Shown here in pieces: positions 12,801-24,203 of a stretch of 64,000 nucleotides of DNA. Each line of letters begins with the position of its first letter. The stretch's first letter is position 1. Below the pieces are notes generated by a model, which worked only from the letters and a program-made list of their open reading frames with translations, had not been told where the DNA came from and did not search any database. This DNA is from Antedon mediterranea (taxonomy: Eukaryota; Animalia; Echinodermata). The DNA lies in assembly GCF_964355755.1 (NCBI RefSeq), contig NC_092673.1:24363648-24427647 (forward strand), read 5' to 3'. A program made the translations under genes and the position numbers.

Positions 12801-15800
12801 ACAACACTTTTTACGCATCAGGACTATATACATGAAAAATAATTTTAATCGTTAATTATTAGAACAATATCAGTAATAATTTAACAGTGAAGTATATTTG
12901 ATTAACAACAAATAAAATCTTAAAAATATATTTAGGAACCATGGCGGTACGGTAACTTTTATATTTTCTAGGCCCCAACAAAGTATGATCGCCATGAACC
13001 ACGCACTTCATAGCGTGACAAGAAAGCGCTAGGCCCCCTAAACATTCCACCGCGTGGTGAATTGCCGCATCTCCCATTGTCGCTATGGCGTGACGTAGCT
13101 CAAGTCGGACTTGCGCGAAGAAAATAATGTAATTTGTATACAGTTGTAAATAAAGATGATTTTTATTATTATAATTTATACCAATGTATATTTAATTAAG
13201 CTAATATAAATATAGATATTTCATTCTTCAATATCTGGCCAATATAACAACTCAATGACTGTTACGTTTTTTATAAACATCGTTTAAAAACCATTTAGTC
13301 GACCATTTAGTCGACCATTTAGTCTACCCTTTCCAGGACTAAAAAAATCGATCAAAATCCGTCTCGATTTAGTCAAGGTTGGCCTGATTTAGTCGGTGAT
13401 TTAGTTGAAGTTCGGTTTATGAATTAAAATGACGTCATTTTTTTAGTTTTAGCTCGAAATACGACTAAAGTCCGGTTTAAGAATACGGGCGTTAGTCTTG
13501 TGCCTGTGAGTTGTGTTTTTTTAAGGGTTGCTTAAAAGCATTGCTTATTTTGTGTTCCCTTTTCCATAACTTTTCGATGACATTTTTGTACATATACTTT
13601 TTTAATGATTATCTGCTATCTGTGCCAAGAGCCACTCATCTACATAGGTTTCTCAAACAAGACAATAAACTGTAGATCCAGTACACAATTCACTATAGTG
13701 TGAACTTTGACACGTGCTACTGCAGTAATCTTTCATGATGAATTTTAGTTACTCCACTATACTATTTCATGCAGTCCCCATGGTATAAAGATGAATGATT
13801 GTGTATGGTTACTGGACATAACTTGATCCACACTCAGAGGTGTGCATTCCATCATTGACATCAGAAGTTGACACATCAATCATTCAAGGAATTATTATTA
13901 TTTCAAAATATATTGTACAGTACTTTGGCCCTTATGTTTATATATAATATATTAATTTTTCCATTGCGAAGAATTATGTTTTTATAATTTAAATAAATTT
14001 TCAGTAACCTTGGTTAACTAATGGCCAACTCAGACAGCATCATATGACGAGGCCCGACAAACATATTCTTGACTCGTCGGTGCTGTCTGAGTTGAATCTT
14101 GACGAGGCGAGGCGTCTTGAGATAGTGGCGGCCATAGTTTTTAGGTTGTCGAGTTATTAAACATGTTTTATTTTCTCCCGACAAGTTGGTCCTTGTCATA
14201 CGACGCTGTCCGAGTTGGCCTTTAAATTTCATGAAATGTCAAGTTACATTCCAAATTTTAGTAGCTGAATTTTTTAGATTTACAAGCATGTAAATAAAGT
14301 TTCATTAAGCTAAAAGTTACATATTTTGTGAAGCTCCTTTAATCAAGCACTACACAACTTTGTTAACATCTAAAGATTTCTCCACACTTTAACTGACGTA
14401 GATTTATTATACTAAACATCATTTGTTTGTTTCTTTTAGATTGAGAAAGAGAAAGGTTCAAATATTGCATACATGTTTCGGTTACCGTTTGCTGCTGGTA
14501 ATGTCTTCAGTGCAAGTATGTTGGATACGATGTTATATCAGGTAACTATACAACTATTTTGATACTGTGAATTTGTTAAGCTCTCATGTCTACACTATCA
14601 AACTTTATGTGATGTGCCCATATATGGACATGATGATGTCATATCACTACCATATTTGGGCACATAACATTTTTTTGTCTAACTAGTTTAATAGTGGTCA
14701 AACTAGTTCGATAGTGTGGACAGAGCTTTATACTTTTAGGTCAGAGCAAATGCTTGTAACATATCACGATACTTTTGAGCGTATGGTCAAAGACTAATAT
14801 TACAAATCCGAACGCAGCACATATCGAAACAGGTTTACGTTTCCACCTACTTCTGCGATTACAGATATTTTAGAATTTGTGTAGATCTGTTGTGCAACTT
14901 AGTGGATTGCATGCTTGCCATCATAATTGCACAGTTACTTACACTATAAATGTAAAGACATGTTATACAAAAGGTGGTGTCTTTAGATGTGTACATTTGT
15001 TTTACTTTAGCTGAAATTATTCAGGTCTTCTGGTATAAATTTGTATGATAAGTTATTGTGAATGACTTAATTGATCCAGTCTTGCCTATAACTTCTGTCA
15101 GCAACTGGGCAGTAGTGTTTACTGTGGCTTGTTGATTGACATTCTCTCTTACCAATCAATTATATTTTATTAAATGTATTTATCTGTACTGTTTCTATCT
15201 ACTTCTTTCAGTCATTTGTTAAAGACTACACAATAAGTATTGTGCGTCTGCTGCTAGGTCTGGACCAGGGTAATAATTCAGGATATTTGGCAGAGGTATG
15301 TAATTTAACTCATCTTCGAATACATAATGCTTTTCCTTTGATTTGGGTGTTGAGGTTCTTAATTAAAGTGTTGTGAAGGTGTGGGGTGTTTAAGTCAGGT
15401 GGTCTTAATTTAGATGTTAGCAGATATGTCATTGAACTCATCTTTGGTGGGGTGTTCTGAAGTGAGAGGTTCTTAGAGTGTTGTAAAGGGGATGTTGTCC
15501 TAGTGGGGTGTTCAAGTCAGGTGGCTTTAAGTTAGATGTTAGCAGATATGTCATTGAACTCATCTTTGGTGGGGTGTTCTGAAGTGAGAGGTTCTTAGAG
15601 TGTTGTAAAGGGGATGTTGTCCTAGTGGGGTGTTCAAGTCAGGTGGTATTAAGTTAGATGTTAGCAGATATGTCATTGAACTCATCTTTGGTGGGGTGTT
15701 CTGAAGTGAGAGGTTCTTAGAGTGTTGTAAAGGGGATGTTGTCCTAGTGGGGTGTTCAAGTCAGGTGGCTTTAAGTTAGATGTTAGCAGATATGTCATTG

Positions 15801-18514
15801 AACTCATCTTTGGTGGGGTGTTCTGAAGTGAGAGGTTCTTAGAGTGTTGTAAAGGGGATGTTGTCCTAGTGGGGTGTTCAAGTCAGGTGGTATTAAGTTA
15901 GATGTTAGTAGATATGTCATTGAACTCATCTTTGGTGGGGTGTTCTGAAGTGAGAGGTTCTTAGAGTGTTGTAAAGGGGATGTTGTCCTAGTGGGGTGTT
16001 TAAGTCAGGTGGTATTAAGTTAGATGTTAGCAGATATGTCATTGAACTCATCTTTGGTGGGGTGTTCTGAAGTGAGAGGTTCTTAGAGTGTTGTAAAGGG
16101 GATGTTGTCCTAGTGGGGTGTTTAAGTCAGGTGGTATTAAGTTAGATGTTAGCAGATATGTCATTGAACTCATCTTTGGTGGGGTGTTCTGAAGTGAGAG
16201 GTTCTTAGAGTGTTGTAAAGGGGATGTTGTCCTAGTGGGGTGTTCAAGTCAGGTGGCTTTAAGTTAGGTGTTGGCAGATACACTGAACGATCTGATAAAA
16301 CCATGCAGTGTACAACTTACATTGATACAATCTATTTTATTGTATGTGTTTGGGCAATAGTAAATTATTCACTGTCTATCAGATAGGCGGTAATCCTTCT
16401 GAACAGGGACTATTTTGTGAACCATTGCTATACAATATATTATATATAAATCCAAAGGCAAATTACTGAAAAAAAATGACAATCCTGTGGGTATCAGTGG
16501 CTGGGTCGAAAAAAAAAAGCAAACAGCTAAATCAAAACGCTATAGTAAAACAGCCAGAAAAGTTAGCAGAGCTTACGGGCAACACTAGTCCTTCATCAGT
16601 GCAAGTGAAGGTACTTGGACGAAGTCAATAGTTAAAAACAGGCAAGCGTTGCCTGAGTGGACAGAAATAAATGAAATACAACAAAGGAGATACAGGCTGG
16701 TGAATGAAGAATATATTATATATATAAACGTTTCTTTTCTTTTACTAAATTGTATTTCTGTAGCTACCAATTACCGCTGAAGATATGTGGATAAGGACAT
16801 ATGGACGACTGTACCAGAAATTGTGTTCCACATCTCATGAGATCCCGATTGGAATTTACCGAACCGTCGGCCAAAATGATAACAAATCAGAAGTGAGGAA
16901 TTAGTTTTTTTTCATAGTACATTCTCTGTTTTTTTATCTTTTTAATGATGTTTCTTATATAAACAAATATTTTATCTGTATTTTATTATCTTCATCTAAT
17001 TTTCCAAAGTTGAACACCATGTCCAAATTTCTGACTTTATGACAATTGTCTAGTTTATATACATATTAGAATAAAGATGGGACCTTACAACTGTAAGATT
17101 TTAGTGAGGAGTTTGGGAGACAGTAAATCAGAAGGATATTATTTATCAAATTTAGACGACTCCTCTTTAATCCACCTCTTCAGTCACCTTCACACGAATA
17201 GCCGAAATCGATGTTATCATTGCTTCATGGTCTTCATAAGTTATTCTTTTGACCATCATCTTATTCCTCCAAACTCTTATATAACTGGAGAGTTCCTCCG
17301 TGATTGAGATCATCAGACAGTGTTCAAGAAAAATGCAGCATAAAAAATGTTACTATTAAATATTTATATAAATTTATTTTAAATTAGTGTTCATTACCAA
17401 TGGAAGATGATGATAGTTTGCAAGGTTTTACAGCAGAAAGGAAGGAATTAGCAAATATGGTGAGGATAAAAATGAAAAAGTTTGACTTGCCGGAAGAAGA
17501 ATATGGTAAGGTTTTCACATCAGATTGTGTTTTTGATATTGGATTTACGAGGTTCACAATTGTCATTTGTTTGAACTATTTTTTATTTCTGTGATTTGTA
17601 AAATCAATACTTGATTTGGGATTTTAAGTTTTCTTCTAATTTTATTTAAATATAATTTATTTTTTTTCAAATATTATTTTTTAAAAATTACGGATATTTG
17701 ATTAAAAGGATTATTTTTTCAAACGCCTCTGATGAAAGTTTAAAGATCGTATTCAGAAAGCGGTTTGCCTGAGAATAAAATAGTGTTAATAGAAGCCATA
17801 AGTGCTAGAAAAATGCTAATCGTAAGTTATTTTATGTCGATCATATTTCTGTTTTGATCTTTAATAGATTCTGAAGCTAGCGACAAACGCAACAAGATTT
17901 CGTACGTGATGATCAATCCAAGTTTTGATATGAAGTTGGAGGTTGATGACATTATGTAAGTAAAAAAGTTTTTGTGACGACCTATGACCTGAGTACTGTT
18001 ACTGTTCTTTTAGCCGTCTTCTTCTCAAGACATATGGCAGTCATTGACGGATACTTAGTATCAGCTGACCTCACTGCTGATGTACTCGAGATCTATGTTT
18101 ATATCATGCTAATACACTTTTATTTTAATTATTGATTTATATTGAGAATAATAGGGGTTTACAAATGGAGGGGTGAACATTCTTTCAGAAAGGATAGAGG
18201 GTTACCCCGGTGTTCTAGTCCATTTTAACCTTAACAGTACAAGAGTGGTCATTATGTTGTCTAAATGTAGTACATCTTTCATAATGAGTTTAGGTATACT
18301 AGATTTAATAATATAATAGTATAATGGATTAAATAAGACAAATTGATGATCATTTTTCACTTTCTGTTTCTCAAGATATCTGATCAAACCAGCTGGTGGT
18401 CCGAAAACTCCATCCCCAATGCCACCCCGACGCAAGTTCAGCAGCCGAAGAAAAACAACTCACCAAAGATTCAGAGCAGAGCCTCAGGGAAGCAACGTGG
18501 ACACAAAGTTATAG
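3841..18514 (+). CDS. KCNT1: Slo2/Slack-type potassium channel (KCNT1/2 ortholog), 3' portion: RCK1 end, linker, RCK2 and C-terminus; the 5' exons lie upstream of the window
   Basis: GT-AG exons in consistent phase: 3841-3949, 4255-4363, 4871-5020, 5342-5598, 6192-6296, (7320-7328), (7448-7537), 8656-8953, 9991-10096, 10720-10892, 11144-11215, 11896-12030, 12427-12538, 14440-14541, 15212-15295, 16764-16892, 17388-17505, 17868-17955, 18376-18514 (TAG). Translation gives KCNT hallmark segments: [130 protein letters not shown] and C-terminal DTKL. The symbol stands for the KCNT1/KCNT2 family. Confidence 0.96.
6108..6164. repeat. 17-bp AT-rich tandem repeat, about 3.3 copies (taatactttatattata)
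   Basis: Direct reading; lies just upstream of the acceptor of the 105-nt cassette exon. Confidence 0.8.
6192..6296 (+). CDS. KCNT cassette exon, 105 nt, phase 1-1 ([35 protein letters not shown])
   Basis: aag|GT acceptor and G|gtatgt donor; in frame; start aligns with the vertebrate GTVAMDL segment. Confidence 0.8.
6965..7100 (+). mobile_element. Degenerate tRNA-derived SINE, 5' part
   Basis: A-box-like tggcgtagtagtaag and B-box-like gttcgagacc, then ttccttagataaagatactttactaaatttgcctc resembling the SINE at 39712. Confidence 0.55.
7320..7328 (+). CDS. Putative 9-nt KCNT microexon, phase 1-1 (adds G-Y-R)
   Basis: Long polypyrimidine tract ttttcttttctctctactctttcctaaag, then GATATAGAG, then gtatgc; frame-preserving and phase-matched to its neighbours. 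Confidence 0.55.
7448..7537 (+). CDS. Putative 90-nt KCNT cassette exon, phase 1-1, Asp/His/Asn-rich ([30 protein letters not shown])
   Basis: tacttcttttaatag acceptor and perfect G|gtaagt donor; open in the required frame; length is a multiple of 3. Confidence 0.7.
7728..7838. mobile_element. Partial copy of MITE family A (AGCTCTGTCTACACTATCAAACT termini)
   Basis: gtctacactatcaaactttatgtga...tgtgatgtgtccatatatgg. Confidence 0.7.
9664..9880. mobile_element. MITE with degenerate TIRs
   Basis: gggtgttttt cacacatgctctgatcttgctccagttc versus gaactggagccggtccggtgcagttgtgaaagaccct. Confidence 0.55.
12581..13492. mobile_element. Non-autonomous DNA transposon, 912 bp, about 42-bp TIRs, TA flanks
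   Basis: acgcccgtattcttaaaccggactttagtcgtagttcgagct ... agctcgaaatacgactaaagtccggtttaagaatacgggcgt; TA at 12579-12580 and 13493-13494; subterminal tttagtcga repeats. Confidence 0.9.
14022..14221. mobile_element. MITE with about 35-bp imperfect TIRs and TTAA-type flank (Kolobok-like)
   Basis: ggccaactcagacagcatcatatgacgagg ... ccttgtcatacgacgctgtccgagttggcct|ttaa. Confidence 0.7.
14579..14727. mobile_element. MITE family A copy
   Basis: agctctcatgtctacactatcaaact ... agttcgatagtgtggacagagct. Confidence 0.85.
15382..16280. repeat. 122-bp tandem repeat, about 7.3 near-identical copies, in a KCNT intron
   Basis: (c/t)agatatgtcattgaactcatctttgg recurs at 15421, 15543, 15665, 15787, 15909, 16031 and 16153. 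Confidence 0.95.
16436..16726 (+). mobile_element. Interspersed repeat family B, bounded by (TA)n tracts
   Basis: tatataaatccaaaggcaaattactgaaaaaaaatgacaat...gggcaacactag; homologous copies at 50463-50900. Confidence 0.75.
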
Positions 18515-21009
18515 TCATGGTTTTCGAACATTGTTTTGTAGTTTTCATAAAGATGGACAAATTTGAACATTGGTGTATGACTGGAAAAGTAAAGTAACAT
18601 TCATTCATCATTTATTTTTGCAAGAACTTTCAACATTTTGCCAGCTTAAGCTTTTATATATTCAATTATAAAACTTGGAAATAAGTTATTGCAATTTGTT
18701 TGTGCAATACAGGACATATAAATGGACAACTCGGCACCTTCTGAGCTGTGAACAGCTGGTTTTTATTGCTAAATGCATTGATTTGACTATTTTTCACACA
18801 CTAATATACAAACTTTGTGCAAAACCACATCAAGTTACCAGATGATTGGTAAATGGTAAAGTAATAATATTGATGTGCTTTGAAGGAATATTCCATTGTA
18901 ATATAGAAGGTGCAATGATTTGTTAAATACAGTATGTTGATATGATTATATATAGGGTTTAATGGTTTTAACAACTCTTTTTTTAAACAGTACAAGAAAA
19001 AAAATGTATGTTAGGTTTCCCACTGTTGATCAGATTAGCTAGATCAGTGTGAGAATTTAGGCACGATTTTATGAACACAATAGCTGCCTTAGCATGCATC
19101 TTGTGATATTTTACTCACAGCATTGCCTAACCGCTTACGTCATGTGAACGGCTTTTCCATGTGTACAGTATGTGAAAGACAACTTGGTAATGATCATAAG
19201 TTGGCTTATGGTTGCCAGTGGCCTGAAAGAAATTTAAAAATGTCTACTTTTTCAATGAATTGCTGTATATTTTTAGGCCTATTGCTTTCATCAAACAAGG
19301 AATATTCTACCTTTCTCAGCCCTTGGGCTAGACAACCCAGGCCAATTCTACTCATATAATACGTGTCCAGTATCATTCACATATTCTGTAATACAGTGTT
19401 GCATATGTATCGCATGTGATGCCTGTATTTTTTTAACTTTAGGTTAATGTATGACACCATATGTGACACTGTATGATACTGTAATAATTATTGAATACAG
19501 TACCGAGAGAATCGGCTAAGCTGTGATCTGATTGATAGTGGGAACCAAACATTAATATAGTGTAATATAAAGATAAACTCAAATTTAAATATTAAAAGCA
19601 AAATTTATTTTTAAGTGCTTATTTTTCATTTTTTTCTAATATATTTGCATACATTATTTAAATGCTAATTACTTTTTATATTAGCAAAAAAAGGTATGCA
19701 AGCTTTTGTACAAGTTTAATATATTGATAATTATTTATAAATTTGAACTCAGTTGAGCTGAAGTGGTATTTTTGAATGTAGTGAAAAGCCTTCTAGGATA
19801 AATGGACAATTTCAGATAAGGGTTTTAAACCGATTAAATGTATATATTTTAAGAAACTTTGGTAAATTGTTTGTATATAATAGTTATTTAAATGTTTGTG
19901 TAAATTTATGTTACCAGTGGCAATGCTATGTATATATCGTAGACAATATTGTATTGTATATAAAAACAGTTACTTAAATCCTCTTGTGTGTAATTTTTAT
20001 GCAAAAATTTATATTCGCTTTACAAATATATGTATTTATTTCTATTATTTTGCACTGTATATAATGTGTGTTCTCACATAAAATAATTTGTTTTATATAC
20101 AGTACATCCGGTTCACATAAAGACATAATATGAGATTTTTTGGTTTCCTAAAATGATTGCAATCTAATGTACCCCTTTTATCCTGGCAAAGTTTAATAAA
20201 TTTGAATTAACAATTAAAACAATTTTATTATCCAATTGGCTTATACAACAAGAAAATTATATGATATCGCCTCTACTTATTAGCCTTGATATTTTTTCAT
20301 ACATTTTATATTTTGTAAAAACTATTGCATTACAACTATTGACGAAGGGCCAATAGATAAAAAGATGGTCCGAGTATTGTAAAACCTCCTTTAAAATATT
20401 TGGTCATGAAATTTCTATTACTTGACGTTGCAGACAAAAATCATGAATAATTTGTGAGGTTAATATGTCACAAATTAGAACATTATTAGGGGCGGGGGGG
20501 GGGTGGTTGCTATACAAGCATAGACTAGATCAAATGGATTCTATCAATGGACTCTATCAATGAATTTTCGCAAGCCAGGTTGTGTAGTTGTGGGCCTGAA
20601 CCACATCAAAATCTGCGATTATTTTTAGAGGGTACACGGTATAGGTTAATTTATATTTCGGAAATAGGTCCTCTATCTTTAAAATTATTCCCATGCATTA
20701 TTCATGATTTCTGCCTCGGACGTCAAGTAATAAAATTGTCAGTGCCTGGTCAATTCATTGTGATAGCAGCTGGATTTGCTGTCGCTAGATGTACATATTG
20801 CATTTCTATTTTAAAACTACTTCTTCTGATATACAGTAAGGTGCTAGAATGTATAGATTACAACTCAGTTGTACAGGTGCTTATAGGATTTAGCTCTGTC
20901 TAATTTTTACTTTTTATTCAGATTATTCTGCAGCAGTATATAAAATGAGATTTCAGTTCAATGTACTGACATATTTAATCAATGAAGCTGTTTCAGTTAC
21001 CATCATTTT

Positions 21010-21430
21010 TTTAATGAATTCTGTGATGAATATTCATTTTTTTAATAACATTTTGTATAATGAATATTCATTTTAAAATATATTCTGTGATGAATATTCA
21101 TTTTTAATATTTTGTATAATGAATATTCATTTTAAAATATATTCTGTGATGAATATTCATTTTAATTACATTTTGTATAATGATTAAAAAATATATTCTG
21201 TGATGAATATTCATTTTACAATTTTTACTCATTTTTAATACATTATTTATAATTGATTTGTATATTACATTCTGTATTCATGAATATTCATTTCTATATT
21301 ACATTCTGTAATCATGAATATTCATACAGATATTACAGTTGTGTATTCATGAATATTCATTTTAGATATATTCAGTAATGAATATTCATATCTAGATTAC
21401 ATTCTATATAATGAATACTCATTTTTTTAA
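21010..21430. repeat. Degenerate minisatellite, about 30-bp period, with palindromic core ATGAATATTCAT
   Basis: Roughly a dozen variant copies of tgaatattcat separated by AT-rich spacers. Confidence 0.8.
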
Positions 21431-22326
21431 TGTTGTGATGGTTATTCATTCAAACAAATAATTACATATATATGTATGTGTAATGCTATAGTTGCAAGTA
21501 TTTCATGACGGTTACAAACTACCCAGAATGATTTTGTAATGTAATGTTAAATTATACGCAGTGATGCAGTCATTTATGCTGATGCCTGCATTTATATTTC
21601 ATACATTATGTATGTAGATATTGGTATTACTGAATTTGGCATTAAATCAGCATCAGTAGAATCAATGTAAATATAATTAAAAATTGCATAATTACAGTTG
21701 CTTTCACAAGTCCCTGGATTACGCGAATATAATGCAATTGCAAATATTTATGATCGCGAAATTATGCAATATAATAAGAATTGCGGAAATCATGGAGACG
21801 GTTTCAAATTAGTTAAATGGTGTACCGTACGGGCTTGTTAGAAATTGTAATGGGAAGAAGGGTGAAGATATTGAGGATGTGTTGATTATCTTTTTTAATC
21901 AATTTTATATCACTGATTTTGGAGTGTACTAGTGGACTGTGCTGTACGCAAAATATCTCAACAATATAATTTTTTTCCCAACATGAACACATGTGCATAG
22001 GGTCGAAAATATTTGTCCGTATCGAATAGCAGCTATCAGGGGATGTTTGTAATGTGATTGTAAACCGCATCTAATGTCTATGTTCAACGTAGGCCTTTTA
22101 TTACACCAAACCCACGGTCTTTTCTTTTGTATTTATTCAAGAGTTTTTGTAGGGCTATAAACGTGAAGAGCTTTCAAAATAGCTTTCGTAAAACAATTAA
22201 TGTATTGTATTTCGTCATTTTAATATTTATTTGTATCATTAAATCGCCATGTACGTGTATGGCATAACACACTACATCAATACGTGTACAATTATTGCTT
22301 TATCGACGGCTCACGAGCAACCATTA

Positions 22327-22479
22327 AGATCTGTCTACACATCAAATTATTTTAACAAAAACATGTGATGTGCCCAAATATGGTAGTGATATACCTAAAT
22401 ATGGTTATGATATGACATCATCATGTTCATGGGCACATCGCATTTTTTTCACATAAAGTTTGATAGTATATACAGAGCT
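22327..22479. mobile_element. MITE family A copy
   Basis: agatctgtctacacatcaaa ... agtttgatagtatatacagagct. Confidence 0.85.
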
Positions 22480-23698
22480 TTACATCCATTTGTGTATTGA
22501 TTAGGCCTATTAGTAATTAATTTCGTTACAGAGTATCATTTATTGATTATTGATTCTTATTGATCGTCCATATGTTTGTATGACTATTTAATTGAACGAG
22601 CTAAGGCCAATTCTGTAATGTTTCTGTCCACTACAATGATGGAAATTATTACAAAACAGTGGCCAACATTAGATTTGCTTTTGTTTTTTTCAATCGAGAA
22701 CTCTAAGGTGTTTCAATTTTACACCTGTAGGCCTATGTAAATCAATCGTTTATTGTATGTCATCAATATGGTATCAGTATACATGTCTTATGTCCTGGCG
22801 TAGAGATATTGTCATTGTCCTGGTCATTCAACAGTGAATTCTGAAACAGGGGACAGCAATTTATGAATGAATATAAGCATGAGCTTTAACAAAGTGGGCG
22901 GAGCTTTAGCGTGAAATTATTGTCGTCTTTACTATTTGAGGACGATAAAGTTGGAATAAACAGCACGACATAATGCCGTGCGAGAATCGACAGATATATC
23001 AAACTTATTAGGCCTACGTTACCTAGTGGGTGGACCCTGGCTACTAATGTAGTATATAAAGATAATAATGGCGCAAAATACAGGGCTACTCTAAGCACTT
23101 AACAATCCACAGAAAATGTTATAAAAGAGCAAAAGATTGATGTATTTAGGATAGTTTTGGGTTTTCTTCTTTCTAATAAACCACTCTGCTTTATCTTCTC
23201 ACCGTAGATCTAAAATTAAATAATACATTCAGAGTCCAGAAATATTATTCGTCCGTCGTCTATCTGTTTCAAGATTTGACAACATTTAAATCCAGGCATG
23301 CTCTCTTGTGGCACGATTGTCATTTTATTTTTCTTTAAGTAAAATTGCATCATAAGATAAAAGAAAGAACACGTAAAAGAAACATTTTATGAACGCATTA
23401 ACACAGAAGTTTCATATTGCAAATTATTTATCGTTAAACTTGCATTTGAAGGAACAGAATTTCACAATTTATAGCACTCGTGGTCGTTTCTATAAAACAT
23501 AATTGAAATTGTAAAGTGCTCAGTTTGTTTCTTGGAAAGGCGAGATAAAATCTTTAGTAGTATTATGTTTAAATATATTTTATCTGAAAAGAGGCAATTG
23601 AAATGTAATGGTTTTAAAGTCTTTTGAAATGTAAAACAGTTATCAAATGTAGTAGTGTCTATTGGGCATGTCGATTTGCAAGGACCTGGTATTACGTC

Positions 23699-24086
23699 CA
23701 GCTACTCTTATCGATTTTTCTCGACGACCGAACACCGAAAAAAAGGTTGAAATTGCCAAACCAAACTCGACGTATTCGAATATTACATCCATTCGAAAAT
23801 CGAGGGTTCAAAGATGTTTCCTAAAAATATGCAAAATAATAAAATCACACTTTGCCATTTTGTAGTTTTAAAAAAGGTTTACTTCCGTAAAAAAAACAAA
23901 TAATGCTTTAACTTCAAAATAAACGGAAATTCAACCAAAATCCCATTGGCTGACATATTTTTAGGAAACATCTTTGAACCCTCGATTTCCGAATGGATGT
24001 AATTTTCGAATACGTCGAGTTTGGTTTGGCAATTTCAACCCTTTTTTCGGTGTTCGGTCGTCGAGAAAAATCGATAAGAGTAGCTG
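23699..24086. repeat. Long inverted repeat (133-bp arms, 122-bp spacer), foldback or MITE-like
   Basis: Arm 23699-23831 is the near-perfect reverse complement of 23954-24086; also visible as mirror ORFs in the ORF track. Confidence 0.92.
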
Positions 24087-24203
24087 AAGCATCCCATTTG
24101 TCGTGGTCGGTGTCGCGCCTACACGTTTTACCCCAATATTATGCGCCACTGAAATTGCATTAAGTTCTATTTTCATTCATTGTAAATTAATTGTTTATTA
24201 GTA

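Noticed and set aside
15382-16280. CRISPR-like regular array
   Set aside because: Eukaryotic intron; whole units are repeated and there are no unique spacers
17720-17782. CTGATGA...GAAA followed by AATAAA, resembling a Penelope-type hammerhead ribozyme
   Set aside because: Stems I and II cannot be formed convincingly; at best a decayed remnant
23624-24176. Pair of near-identical ORFs on opposite strands
   Set aside because: Consequence of the inverted repeat, not genes
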